Shown here: piece by piece, positions 46,393 to 56,832 of the stretch | Position numbering within the stretch: position 1 is the first letter of the stretch | Layout: the number at the start of each line of letters is the position of its first letter | Source: Minisyncoccota bacterium | GTDB taxonomy: Bacteria > Patescibacteriota > Patescibacteriia > Patescibacteriales > UBA12465 | Assembly: GCA_021734405.1 (NCBI GenBank) | Contig: JAIPJA010000001.1 | Span: forward strand, 1,586-65,585 | Length of the DNA: 64,000 bases | Direction of reading: 5' to 3' | Notes under the pieces: generated by a model | Databases searched by the model: none | What the model was told of the DNA's origin: nothing | What the model saw: the letters and a program-made list of their open reading frames with translations, nothing else | Made by a program: the position numbers and the translations under genes

Positions 46393-46995
46393 TTATTTGG
46401 AATAAAACTCTACAATTGCCTGACTATCAATACTTTGATCTAAATCTTCTAGTTTAGGTTCATGTAAAATTTTACCTGTAAAAGTTTTAATATCAAAATT
46501 TAACCAACTAGGTAAATCTTTTAAATCAAAAGATTGCTTTATGTTTTCAAAATATTTACTTTTCTGACTTTTAGGTCTAACCTGAATTTCATCGCCTAGC
46601 TTTACTTTAAATGAAGGAATATTAACTTTCTGACCATTAACTAAAATATGAACATGATTTACCACCTGTCTAGCTCCAGGACGACTATTGGCTAAGCCTA
46701 AACGATAAACTACATTATCAAGTCTCATTTCTAAAAGCTTTAGGAAATTAAATCCAGCATCACCTTTTAGCTTCTTGGCTTTATCAAAAGTAAGTCTAAA
46801 TTGTTTTTCACGTAGGTTATAAATAACTTTAGCCTTTTGTTTTTCAGCTAACTGCTGACCAAAAGAACTTAATCTACCCCTACCTTTAGGACCGTGAAAT
46901 CCAGGAGGGTAATTTCTTCTTACTAAAGGTGATTTTTTATTGTCTGAAATTTTAATGCCGTAACGGCGACAAATTTTATTGTTATAGAAATTCAT
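46393..46995 (-). CDS. rpsD: 30S ribosomal protein S4
   Basis: QLAEKQK; LEMRLDNVVYRLG; IVEFYSK. Confidence 0.97.
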   Translation of the reverse strand: MNFYNNKICRRYGIKISDNKKSPLVRRNYPPGFHGPKGRGRLSSFGQQLAEKQKAKVIYNLREKQFRLTFDKAKKLKGDAGFNFLKLLEMRLDNVVYRLGLANSRPGARQVVNHVHILVNGQKVNIPSFKVKLGDEIQVRPKSQKSKYFENIKQSFDLKDLPSWLNFDIKTFTGKILHEPKLEDLDQSIDSQAIVEFYSK

Positions 46996-47009
46996 AACTG
47001 TATATATTA

Positions 47010-47717
47010 TTAAACTCTACGTGGTTTTTTAGGTCGACAGCCATTATGAGGGACTGGCGTAATATCTTTTATAGAAGTAACTTCTAATCCATTAGCATTT
47101 AAAGCTCTAACAGCTGATTCCCTGCCTGTGCCAACTCCTGAGACGAAAACAGAAACTTCTTGTAAGCCAAATTCTTCCTTAGCTTTCATGGCTGCAATTT
47201 TTACAATAATAGAAGCTGCATAGGGAGTAGCCTTTTTAGCCCCTTTAAACCCAGCCACACCAGCACTGGCCCAAGAAATAACATTACCTTGCAAATCAGT
47301 TAAACTAACAATGGTATTGTTGTAAGTAGCTTGAATAAAAGCCTTGCCTACTTTAACCTTTACAGCTGTAGTTTTCTTTTTTCTCTTCTTTACTATTTTC
47401 TTCTTAGCTCTAGCAGCCTTATTTTGTTCTAATTTTTTCTTAATTTCCTCAGGTAAATCTTCATCGTCAGAAGTTAGAGAAATTTGAGTTTCTTCCTCTT
47501 CGTCTAACTCATTTTTTAAATCTTCTTTTTTAACGCTAGATTTAACCTTCTTTTTATCATCTAAAACTTTAGTTTTGCTTTTTTTGTCAGCAGAATCTTT
47601 AACTGTTTCAGCCTCTTTCGCTAATTCAGTCTTTTGACCAGCTTCCTCTAAGGAAGTAGTTTTCATTTCTTCTTCCTTAACTTCTTTTTTTGTATCTTTA
47701 GCTTTATTATCACTCAT
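47010..47717 (-). CDS. rpsK: 30S ribosomal protein S11 with long charged N-terminal extension
   Basis: TYNNTIV; KKATPYAA; [18 protein letters not shown]. Confidence 0.95.
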   Translation of the reverse strand: MSDNKAKDTKKEVKEEEMKTTSLEEAGQKTELAKEAETVKDSADKKSKTKVLDDKKKVKSSVKKEDLKNELDEEEETQISLTSDDEDLPEEIKKKLEQNKAARAKKKIVKKRKKKTTAVKVKVGKAFIQATYNNTIVSLTDLQGNVISWASAGVAGFKGAKKATPYAASIIVKIAAMKAKEEFGLQEVSVFVSGVGTGRESAVRALNANGLEVTSIKDITPVPHNGCRPKKPRRV

Positions 47718-47765
47718 AAATAATGCCTTAATAATGCTTTCTTATTTAAACTATTAATTAATATC

Positions 47766-48161
47766 TTAAGTTTTTTGAGCAGCTGCCTTATTCTTTCCTG
47801 ATCCCATAGTAAGACGCTTATTACCTCTAACTGTACGACTATTAGTTTTAGTTCTCTGACCTCTAGCCGGTAAACGTTTAGTATGTCTTGAGCCTCTATA
47901 TGAATTTATTTCTTTTAGTCTTTTAATATTACCACTAATTTGTCTACGCAAATCTCCTTCAACTATGTAATTTTTATCAATATATTCTCTAATTTTATTA
48001 GCATCATCTTCTTTCACATCTTTAACCCTAGTACTAGGGTCAATTTTTAAAGAAGATAAAATGCCTTGAGACTGCTTTAAACCAATGCCATAAACGTAAG
48101 TTAAGGCAATTTCAATTCTTTTTTCATTAGGGATGTTTACCCCAGCAATTCTTATAGCCAT
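47766..48161 (-). CDS. rpsM: 30S ribosomal protein S13
   Basis: RIAGVNIP; ALTYVYGIG; RGQRTKTN. Confidence 0.98.
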   Translation of the reverse strand: MAIRIAGVNIPNEKRIEIALTYVYGIGLKQSQGILSSLKIDPSTRVKDVKEDDANKIREYIDKNYIVEGDLRRQISGNIKRLKEINSYRGSRHTKRLPARGQRTKTNSRTVRGNKRLTMGSGKNKAAAQKT

Positions 48162-48170
48162 AAATAATAA

Positions 48171-48284
48171 TTAACCTTGTCTTTGTTTATGTTTAGGATT
48201 TTTGCAAATAACATAAACTCTGCCCTTTCTGCGGACAACTTGACAATCTTTACATATTTTTTTTGCACTTGCTCTAACTTTCAT
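48171..48284 (-). CDS. rpmJ: 50S ribosomal protein L36 (missing from the ORF track)
   Basis: [37 protein letters not shown]. Confidence 0.97.
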   Translation of the reverse strand: MKVRASAKKICKDCQVVRRKGRVYVICKNPKHKQRQG

Positions 48285-48355
48285 AGTTAAAAATTAAAAG
48301 ACAAACAGCTGAAACTTCCAGCTTTTAATTATTCTTCACCTCAAGATCTAAAAAA

Positions 48356-48619
48356 TTAGAGCCTGTAGGTAATCCTGCCCTTGCTTAAATCGTAAGGACT
48401 AATTTGCAATTTCACTCTGTCGCCAGGCAATAATCTAATTTTGTTCATTCTCATCTTACCTGATAAGTGCGCTAAAATTTCATGCCCATTATCTAAAGCT
48501 ACCTTAAAAGTAGTAGCAGGCATTAATTCTAGAACTTCACCTTCTGTTTCAATAAAGTCTTTGGAGTTTTGCGCTTGCGACTGATTGTTTTGCATTTCTT
48601 GTTTATTGTTTTTTTCCAT
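48356..48619 (-). CDS. infA: Translation initiation factor IF-1
   Basis: [10 protein letters not shown]; GDRV; [13 protein letters not shown]. Confidence 0.96.
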   Translation of the reverse strand: MEKNNKQEMQNNQSQAQNSKDFIETEGEVLELMPATTFKVALDNGHEILAHLSGKMRMNKIRLLPGDRVKLQISPYDLSKGRITYRL

Positions 48620-48704
48620 TAACACAAAAAAATTTGATAAAGAAAATAACGCTTTATCAAAATATATTTAGCAAAATTTTTACCTTGCTTATAAATATAA
48701 GGCT

Positions 48705-48733
48705 ATTATATACACTTAAAGTTTCCTTGTCAA
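48705..48733 (-). promoter_or_regulatory. Consensus sigma70 promoter of the infA-alpha-rplM-rpsI operon
   Basis: Minus strand TTGACA-17-TATAAT. Confidence 0.8.
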
Positions 48734-48755
48734 GAGCAAAGAGGATAATAAAAAA

Positions 48756-50528
48756 TTACTCTAAAATCGCCTTAATTCTTCTCACTCCCGCACTGCTACT
48801 TTCTTCTTTTTTTATTTTAAATTTACCTAACTCTCCAGTTCTCTCTACATGAGGACCACCACAAATTTCTTTAGAAAAATAATTTTCTTTCTGACCCACA
48901 CTATAGACTTTAACCATTTCTCCATACTTAGAAGCAAAAACTCCCATAGCTTTTTCTGCTCTAGCTTGTTCTAGGCTAACCTCTCTACAAGTAACTGGCA
49001 AATCTTGAGCAATTGCTTCATTAACTAATTGTTCTACTTCTTGCTTTTGATCTTCAGTCATTTTTTCTCCATGAGAAAAATCAAAACGCAATCTTTCTGT
49101 GGTAATATTGCTGCCTTTTTGTTCAACATGATCACCTAAAACCTGTCTTAGTGCTGCTAAAAGTAAATGAGCCGCTGTATGAAGCCTGACTGTCTCCTTA
49201 TCATCACCTGACAAGCCACCTTTAAATTTACCAGCTGAAGCAGTACGAGAAAGCTCTTGGTGCTTTTCCAGGGCTACAAGATATTCTTTATTAAAATCCT
49301 TACTCAATTTTATTCCTTTTTCTTTAGCTATTTCTTTAGTCATCTCTACTGGGTAACCAAAGCTTTGAAAAAGATTAAAAGCAGTTGCACCATCTATCTC
49401 ACCCTTTATTTGCTCTATTTTCTTCTCCCCCACTACTAAGGTTTTTTCAAACTTCTCCTCTTCTTTTTTAAGTTCTTCCAGTATAAAGTTTTGATTTGAA
49501 GAAAGTTCCAAATATGTATCTTTATATATTTCTATGGTTTTTTTAGCTAAATTAGGCAATAAATTATTATCTTCAATTTCTAAACGACTTTTTAGACCTA
49601 AGGCCCTTCTAATTAGTCGTCTTAAAACATAGCCTTGATCAGTATTGGAAGGAGAAACTCCTTTATGATCTCCCATGATAAAGACAGAGGCACGAATATG
49701 ATCAGCTATAATTCTCATCTCTCGTGTGTAGTTATCATAACTTTTATTACTAGCTAACTCTATTATTTCTATAAGTGGCCACAACAGTTCAGTTCTATAA
49801 ACATCATCTAAACCATTTACTACTGCCAAGACTCTTTCCAGGCCTAAACCAGTATCAATATTTTTTTGCTCTAACTCAACATAAGTATGTTCAGTTTTTT
49901 TATATTCCATAAACACATCGTTCCAAATCTCTACCCAATTTTTATCCTCTGGATTAAAAACTTCTGGCACTGGGTTTGTGCCTGTCCAATAAAACATTTC
50001 TGAATCTGGTCCAGCTGGAGTATTTAAAGAGCCCAGTTCCCACCAATTATCTTTTCTATCTAATTTAGCAATTCTTTTCTCAGAAATCCCTAAATCAAGC
50101 CAAGCTCTATAGGCCTCATCATCAAAAGGCACCTTATCATCGCCTTTAAAAACAGTAAAAGCTAATTTGTTCACATCTAAACCTAAATACTCTTTGGCAG
50201 TTAAAAACTGATAACTCAAAGAAATAGCTTCTTTTTTAAAGTAATCACCTAAGGACCAATTACCACACATCTCAAAGAAAGTATTATGACTAGTATCTCC
50301 TACCTCATCTATATCTCCAGTACGAATACATTTTTGCACATTAGCTAATTTTTTGCCTCCAGCATGCTTCTGTCCTAACAAGTAAGGCACTAAAGGGTGC
50401 ATGCCAGCGGTAGTAAAAAGTACGGAAGGGTCATTTTCAGGAATTAAAGAAGCGCTGGATATAATAGCATGTCCATGTTTTTTAAAAAAATTTAAATATT
50501 TATCTCTAAGTTCTTGAGCTGTTAACAT
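48756..50528 (-). CDS. alaS: Alanyl-tRNA synthetase (no C-Ala domain)
   Basis: LFTTAGM; IDTGLGLER; HTAAHLL; EICGGPHV; stops at GVRRIKA. Confidence 0.96.
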   Translation of the reverse strand: MLTAQELRDKYLNFFKKHGHAIISSASLIPENDPSVLFTTAGMHPLVPYLLGQKHAGGKKLANVQKCIRTGDIDEVGDTSHNTFFEMCGNWSLGDYFKKEAISLSYQFLTAKEYLGLDVNKLAFTVFKGDDKVPFDDEAYRAWLDLGISEKRIAKLDRKDNWWELGSLNTPAGPDSEMFYWTGTNPVPEVFNPEDKNWVEIWNDVFMEYKKTEHTYVELEQKNIDTGLGLERVLAVVNGLDDVYRTELLWPLIEIIELASNKSYDNYTREMRIIADHIRASVFIMGDHKGVSPSNTDQGYVLRRLIRRALGLKSRLEIEDNNLLPNLAKKTIEIYKDTYLELSSNQNFILEELKKEEEKFEKTLVVGEKKIEQIKGEIDGATAFNLFQSFGYPVEMTKEIAKEKGIKLSKDFNKEYLVALEKHQELSRTASAGKFKGGLSGDDKETVRLHTAAHLLLAALRQVLGDHVEQKGSNITTERLRFDFSHGEKMTEDQKQEVEQLVNEAIAQDLPVTCREVSLEQARAEKAMGVFASKYGEMVKVYSVGQKENYFSKEICGGPHVERTGELGKFKIKKEESSSAGVRRIKAILE

Positions 50529-50578
50529 AAATAATCTATTTAATTACAATATTTTTTTATTAAATTAATAATCTTTAA

Positions 50579-50845
50579 TTATTTGTTCAAGTTCTCTTTT
50601 ACGGCTTTTATAAGCTCCTCCTTATTTTGCAAGCCTTTAAGCCTAAACATTTCTTCGCCTTCTTTATCTAGAAAAATAAAGACAGGAATTTCTTTAACAT
50701 CATATTTTTTTAAAAGCTCTTCATTTTCATCAGCATCAAAGTATTCACTTTGCAGTTCTGGAACCTCTTTGGCTATTTCTTCCCACATTGGTTTCATAGT
50801 TAGACACTCTGCGCACCAAATAGCGCCAATTTTTAATACTTTCAT
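50579..50845 (-). CDS. Thioredoxin-family protein
   Basis: WCAEC and cis-Pro IP motif. Confidence 0.85.
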   Translation of the reverse strand: MKVLKIGAIWCAECLTMKPMWEEIAKEVPELQSEYFDADENEELLKKYDVKEIPVFIFLDKEGEEMFRLKGLQNKEELIKAVKENLNK

Positions 50846-50935
50846 ATATTTATATTAATTATTAATACTATTAGATTAGTCTATTATCAATTAAAGCCCT
50901 AAAACTTAAATTAAAACAAAATTTTTCTTTATAGA

Positions 50936-51961
50936 TTATTCAATTATATTTACTTCCGGAGTTAGCTCAATGCCAAACTTATCTTTTACTTCACAAATAA
51001 TAGTCTTAGTTAAAAATTTAATATCATTAAAACTAGCTCCACCCTTATTTACAACTATTAAAGCTTGTTGATGCCAAACTCCAGCTAATCCTAAATCTTT
51101 GCCTTTCCAGCCAGCCCTTTCTATTAACCAACCAGCTGGCACTTTAACTAAACCTGAAGGTAAATCATAATACTTTATATCTGGAAATTTTTCCTTTAAT
51201 TTTTCAAATTCTTCCTGACTTATTTCAGGATTTTTAAAAAAGGAACCAGCATTACCAAATTCTTTCGGCTCTGGTAGTTTTGACTTTCTAATTTTCTCCA
51301 CTGCTAACCTCACATCTTCAGCATTAATATTTACCACTTCTTTGTTTATTTCTTCTTGCAAACTACCATAGTCTAAAGCTGGAGCAGGTAAAAGAGATAA
51401 TTTAAAAGTAACTGAAACAATAATATATTTTCCTTTTAAACCTTCCTTAAAAATACTGGATCTGTAGCCAAAATTACAATCTTTTAAATAAAAAGTTCGA
51501 AGGGTTAAATCTTCAATATTTAAAGCCTCTAAAGATACAAAAGTATCTTTAATTTCCCTGCCATAAGCGCCAATATTTTGTACTGGGCAAGCTCCAACTG
51601 TTCCTGGGATATAAGCTAAGTTCTCTAAGCCCCAATAATTTCTTTTAGTAGTATACTTTACTAAATCATCCCAAACCTCTCCAGCTTTAGCTGTAACTAA
51701 AACCTCATTAGAATTTCTCTCTCTGATCTCTTTAATGCCTTTTAGCTTATTAACAATAACTAAGCCCTCAAAATCTCTATCAGAAATTAAAAGGTTAGAA
51801 CCCCCGCCAATTATTAAAAGTGGAACTTCTTTGTCCTTAGCAATCTCTACAGCTTGTCTGATATCAGCTAAATTTTCAGCTTCAACCAAGTATTTAGCTT
51901 TACCACCTATACTAAAAGTGGTGTATGTAGCTAATTTAACATTATTTTGAATATTTAACAT
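50936..51961 (-). CDS. murB: UDP-N-acetylenolpyruvoylglucosamine reductase
   Basis: GGGSNLL; IPGTVGA; NIGAYG; GSFFKNP. Confidence 0.96.
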   Translation of the reverse strand: MLNIQNNVKLATYTTFSIGGKAKYLVEAENLADIRQAVEIAKDKEVPLLIIGGGSNLLISDRDFEGLVIVNKLKGIKEIRERNSNEVLVTAKAGEVWDDLVKYTTKRNYWGLENLAYIPGTVGACPVQNIGAYGREIKDTFVSLEALNIEDLTLRTFYLKDCNFGYRSSIFKEGLKGKYIIVSVTFKLSLLPAPALDYGSLQEEINKEVVNINAEDVRLAVEKIRKSKLPEPKEFGNAGSFFKNPEISQEEFEKLKEKFPDIKYYDLPSGLVKVPAGWLIERAGWKGKDLGLAGVWHQQALIVVNKGGASFNDIKFLTKTIICEVKDKFGIELTPEVNIIE

Positions 51962-52026
51962 AAAAACTAAACAATTTTAAGATATAATAATTATAATAAG
52001 GATTAGATATTAAAGCAAACTAATAA

Positions 52027-52683
52027 ATTAAAAAACAAGATCTGGGACAATCACCGCAAACAATTAACTTAGCCCTTAATGCTATTAAATTTCTATATTT
52101 AAAAATATTAAAAGATACCAAGAAAATTGATATAAAATTTACTAAAAGAAGTCAAAAGCTCCCTATAGTTCTCTCCCGTTTAGAGATTAAAAAAATTATT
52201 TCAGCTACCACTAACTCTAAATACCGCCTTATTATTTCCCTAGCTTATGGTTCTGGGTTGAGGGTTGGTGAAGTTGCTAAATTAAAAGCCAAAGATTTGG
52301 ATATAGAAGAGTTAGTTATATATATTAAAGAAGGTAAAGGAAGAAAAGATAGAATTAGTATACTACCAGAAACGTTAATAAAGGAGTTGCAAACCCTGTT
52401 AATTTCTAAAGATGGGGACGATTTTCTCTTTGAGTCTAATAGGGGAGCTAAGTTGACCACTGCTTCAATGCAAAAAATGTTTTATAAAAGTCTAAAGCTA
52501 GCTGAAATAAATAAAAAAGCCAGTTTCCATTCTTTAAGGCACTCTTTTGCTACGCACTTATTAGAAAATGGAACTGATTTGCGTTATGTTCAAAAATTAC
52601 TAGGACATAGAAATATTCGCACTACTCAAGGTTATACCCAGGTTACCAACCCTACCTTAAAAAATATTAAAAGCCCGTTATAG
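52027..52683 (+). pseudogene. 5'-truncated XerD/integron-integrase-like tyrosine recombinase
   Basis: Open frame from 52027 (SPQTINLALNAIKF...LPIVLS...YGSGLRVGE...HSLRHSFATH..LGH..Y) preceded by in-frame TAA TAA with no suitable ATG. Confidence 0.75.
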
Positions 52684-52763
52684 GTTTTTAAGTCATTTAT
52701 TAATAAACTTATTTTAATTTTAAATATAAAAATATTAACTTTAAGTATTTAAAACAATTTTTA

Positions 52764-53783
52764 TTATTTATTTCTTAAAAAATAATTCTGAATTCCAATA
52801 GAAAAATCTTCACCGACATCCTCAGAAACAACATCACCGCAAAGACCTTTAATTGGGTCCAAAACCTTACAAATCTGTATCTTTATCTTATAATTCCCTG
52901 GAATTTCATAAATAGGAATTTTTGAAATAACAGGCCATTCATAAAAATTTTCCTTTGAGATAATCAGTGATTCAGCAAAAATTTTATTATTATCACCTAA
53001 AAGCACTAAATTAACAGCTTCTTCTCTATTTAAATTTTCCGTCTTCCAACTTACAGGAATCTTCGTATCTCGACCTAAATTAAAACTTTCTCCACCAGTA
53101 GGCGATAGTAACTTAAGAAATGGCTTAGAAAAAGGATTGTACCAGCTCTTCCAATTTTCTTTGTTGCCAAAATTATCCAATAAAGTAATATAAATCTGCT
53201 CCCATACAGGCAAGTCTTCGTTTTCAGTAAATAAAACAAAATCAACCAAAAAACTAATTAAAGCAAAATTATTATCATTAATATCTTTTATTTTTTCTTC
53301 AGGCATTTTTGCTATAATTTCCTTATTCTCCTTAGCACTTAAAGTAAAATATTTCTTATTTTTATAATAATATTCAATGCAATCGCCTGGGCATCCCCCT
53401 GTATTATTTACTGAATCTTGCAAACTTAAATCTAAAGCAATTGTATGGTCCTGATCACTGCTATTATTAATTATAACCTTATAAGCTTTAGAAATAGTAG
53501 TATTTTCAAATAAATCAGCACTGGCATAAACTTCTATAGTAACGCCATAGTCATTAATCACTCTTTCATCTATTTGCTTAAATTCAAATTGCTCACCTAA
53601 ATCCTGTAATTTTTGTTCAGGCTCACCAGTATCAATTCCTTCAGCAACAAATTCTATTTGCTCTAAATCAATTTGTCTTTCCTTAACTTTTTTTAATGTT
53701 TCTTGAGAAAGATATATTCCTATAGCCAACACAAACAAAATAAATAGGAACATCAAGAATTTAACTTCTTTTTTAATTTGCAT
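52764..53783 (-). CDS. Membrane-anchored extracellular hypothetical protein with Ig-like C-terminal domain
   Basis: N-terminal TM; LLSPTGGE...VSW...PGNYKIKI. Confidence 0.65.
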   Translation of the reverse strand: MQIKKEVKFLMFLFILFVLAIGIYLSQETLKKVKERQIDLEQIEFVAEGIDTGEPEQKLQDLGEQFEFKQIDERVINDYGVTIEVYASADLFENTTISKAYKVIINNSSDQDHTIALDLSLQDSVNNTGGCPGDCIEYYYKNKKYFTLSAKENKEIIAKMPEEKIKDINDNNFALISFLVDFVLFTENEDLPVWEQIYITLLDNFGNKENWKSWYNPFSKPFLKLLSPTGGESFNLGRDTKIPVSWKTENLNREEAVNLVLLGDNNKIFAESLIISKENFYEWPVISKIPIYEIPGNYKIKIQICKVLDPIKGLCGDVVSEDVGEDFSIGIQNYFLRNK

Positions 53784-53811
53784 AATTATAATTAGTTAAT
53801 AAAGATTTAAA

Positions 53812-55338
53812 CTAATATTTATCTAATTCGTTAATCTGCTCTCTTATTTTATTAACTCTATCAAGCTCATGACCATATTTTTTAATTATAGATAAAGTAT
53901 TGTTGTTTATATAATAATCAAGTGCTTCACTATTTAAATCTCTTTGTATATCCAAAGCCTTGTTGTAAAAAGTATAATTTTTACCAACATTAATTTTCAT
54001 TAAAAAACCACCCAGCGTACCAATTAAAGACTCTCCTATACTAGGTTTAAACTCACCAAAATCATTATCTATAAAACTGTAATATATGTAATATATAATT
54101 GGTAAATCCATAGAATAAAAAGTATACTCAATTATTGGTTTAGGAAAAATTATCCCCTTGTAATTATCATAAAGTTTAAAATAACTTGCTGAATTTTTAT
54201 TTTTAAAAAATTCATTATTAACGCTATATTCTAGATTTATTAACTTGCTAAGATTATCTTTAGCCTCTTCAAACTCATCAACATATTTTATTAAACCTTC
54301 ATTAGAGTAATTTAACTCATTCATTTTATCAATACTCAATCTCATTATTGATATCCCCACCAATCTAAAAATATCTTCGTCATCTTTGTCACGAGCTAAT
54401 TGGTCACCAAATAAAAATAATTGCTCAAGATTTTCTCTGGCTAAATCACCTTCACCTTGAGAGGCCTGCTTGTCTGCTAAAACAACTAAACCTCTGCTCC
54501 AAGCTCGCAACCTATCAAGTCTTATTAACAAGCAATCTTTGCATAATATAATATCATCTGGAATATATTGTTCTGATAAACTGAAATGTTTAAATTGATT
54601 AATCTCATATAATAAATTTAAATCTTTTTCCGTCACTTCAATATAATCCTTACTATATCCTTGTATTTTTTTATCAGATTCTAAAAGCTGTCTGTTTGCC
54701 AATGAATTACTTAATTTCACTACCTTCTTAGCTGAATTACCCTCTCTAGTGTGATTATCTGGAAATTGTTCCCAAATATTTGTATTTGGATACAGATAAA
54801 AATCACTCGCTATCCTTGCTTCATCATAGTTCTTATTAAAACTAAAGACATAAACCGAAAAATTGACAGCGTATAAAGCAACTAACAATAACACAATGGC
54901 CCAAAATAGCTTAACATGATTTTTTAAAACAAAAACTGAATAAATAATATTTAAATATATATACATAAACAGGCAGGCTAACAGTGCGCATATAAAAAAC
55001 GAGCTATATAAATCATTAATATTAATATTATTAATATAAGAATATAAAAATAAAATAACATGGTCTAATATAAACTTTAAAACTACAGTGACTAATATTA
55101 GCTTAGAAATATTTTTTTGAATAAACTCTTTATTTTTATCTAATATCTTTACAACAAAAAGGAAAACAATAGCTGACAGAATAAGTGTCACTACTTCATG
55201 AATTAATAAAATAGAAAACCACCTAGTTACTGAGTAATTAAATAATCTAAAAAAACCATCATAAAGCTCAGATAATCCTAAATTAATAAGAATTATTAAA
55301 AAGGAAAATTTAAGATATAAAATTATAATTTTTTTCAT
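53812..55338 (-). CDS. Multi-TM hypothetical protein with helical extracellular domain
   Basis: About 5 N-terminal TMs, then a soluble helical region. Confidence 0.65.
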   Translation of the reverse strand: MKKIIILYLKFSFLIILINLGLSELYDGFFRLFNYSVTRWFSILLIHEVVTLILSAIVFLFVVKILDKNKEFIQKNISKLILVTVVLKFILDHVILFLYSYINNININDLYSSFFICALLACLFMYIYLNIIYSVFVLKNHVKLFWAIVLLLVALYAVNFSVYVFSFNKNYDEARIASDFYLYPNTNIWEQFPDNHTREGNSAKKVVKLSNSLANRQLLESDKKIQGYSKDYIEVTEKDLNLLYEINQFKHFSLSEQYIPDDIILCKDCLLIRLDRLRAWSRGLVVLADKQASQGEGDLARENLEQLFLFGDQLARDKDDEDIFRLVGISIMRLSIDKMNELNYSNEGLIKYVDEFEEAKDNLSKLINLEYSVNNEFFKNKNSASYFKLYDNYKGIIFPKPIIEYTFYSMDLPIIYYIYYSFIDNDFGEFKPSIGESLIGTLGGFLMKINVGKNYTFYNKALDIQRDLNSEALDYYINNNTLSIIKKYGHELDRVNKIREQINELDKY

Positions 55339-55416
55339 AATTAATTATTAAGGCTCTAAACTGGCAGGCCAACCTATTAGCAGTATTTTTTAATATTTAT
55401 ATTTATAAATTTAGTC

Positions 55417-56832
55417 TTATTCTTTATTAAGTAAAGCCTCCCCCACCCTAAACACATCCCCTGCTCCCATAAGCACTGCTACTTCTTGAGGCTCTAAGTT
55501 GTTGGCTAAATACTTAGTGGTTTCTTTTAAATTCCCTGAAGCTAAGACCTCCTGTTTAATTTTAGCTTTTTTATTATATGCTTGTATTTTTTTAACTAAA
55601 TCATAACTACTAATTCCTCCCTGCTCTTCCCTGGCAGAGCCATAAATATCTACTACTAATACTTTATCAGCCAAATAAAAACTACGACTAAACTCACTTA
55701 AAAGCGCTTTAGTCCTAGTGTAGGTATGAGGGTGAAATACTACAGTCAAATTATTATCCTCATATTTCTGCCTTAAGCCCTCTAAGGTGCTTTTTATTTC
55801 AGTAGGATGATGACCATAATCATCAATTAAAAGAGCTTTCCTGTAGCGTCCCATAATCTCCTGTCTTCTGGCTGTACCTTTAAAATTAAAAACTCCCTTT
55901 TTTAAAAGCTCTTCCTTAGCTCCCAACTGAAAGCCGGTGGCTATGGCAGAAATAGCATTAGCGAGGTTGTGTCTACCTAAAAGCTTAATTTTAAAATTTT
56001 TGTAAATTTCGTCATTATACTGTAGTGAGAAAATTTGATCACCTTTTTCAAAATCATGTTTTCTAAGTTGCCAAACATTTTTCTTAGTTTTTAATTTTTG
56101 ATTAATAGAAAAACCTATTACTTCCCCCTGGCATTGTTTGGCTATCTTTCTGCAATTTAAATCATCATAGTTATATATTAAAAAGCCTGAAGCTGGGATT
56201 TTTTTTACAAAATCAGAAAAAGCCTTTAAATATTTGTTAAAGGTAGTAAAATAGTCATGATGGTCCCAGTCGATATTGGTTAATATAACTGCCTTTGGCT
56301 GAAAATGTTGTAGTTTATTTTGATATTCATCAGCTTCAATAATTAAAAGCTCTGATTTACCAACTAAACTACTACCTTTAAGTTGAGGCACCCTAGCCCC
56401 TATCAAAGCCTGAGGTGAAAGTTTAGCTTGTTTAAGGGCAAAAGCTGTCCAAGCTGAGACAGTAGTTTTGCCATGACTGCCACAAACTGCTAAACCTTTG
56501 TGGTTATTAAAAATTTCCGCCAACGCTTGAGCATAACTTTTTACAGGAATTTCTTTTTGCTCTAAAACTTGTTTAAGTTCAATATTATTTTTTTCAGTAT
56601 AAGCGCTGGAGTAAACAATTAAATCACAATCTTTTAAAGATTTTATATGTTCTCTGTTAAAACCCTCTAAGACCTTAATTTTACTAGCTTGTAAAACCTC
56701 ATCCGTCATAAAAGTTTCCTTTATGTCAGAGCCTTGCACTTTAACACCGTGCTGGCTCATAAACTGAGCTAACATAGTCATACCCACACCTTTTATGCCT
56801 ATAAAGTAAACTGATTTATAGTTATTTAACAT
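55417..56832 (-). CDS. murC: UDP-N-acetylmuramate--L-alanine ligase
   Basis: IGIKGVGM; GSHGKTT; EADEY; DDYGHHPTE. Confidence 0.96.
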   Translation of the reverse strand: MLNNYKSVYFIGIKGVGMTMLAQFMSQHGVKVQGSDIKETFMTDEVLQASKIKVLEGFNREHIKSLKDCDLIVYSSAYTEKNNIELKQVLEQKEIPVKSYAQALAEIFNNHKGLAVCGSHGKTTVSAWTAFALKQAKLSPQALIGARVPQLKGSSLVGKSELLIIEADEYQNKLQHFQPKAVILTNIDWDHHDYFTTFNKYLKAFSDFVKKIPASGFLIYNYDDLNCRKIAKQCQGEVIGFSINQKLKTKKNVWQLRKHDFEKGDQIFSLQYNDEIYKNFKIKLLGRHNLANAISAIATGFQLGAKEELLKKGVFNFKGTARRQEIMGRYRKALLIDDYGHHPTEIKSTLEGLRQKYEDNNLTVVFHPHTYTRTKALLSEFSRSFYLADKVLVVDIYGSAREEQGGISSYDLVKKIQAYNKKAKIKQEVLASGNLKETTKYLANNLEPQEVAVLMGAGDVFRVGEALLNKE

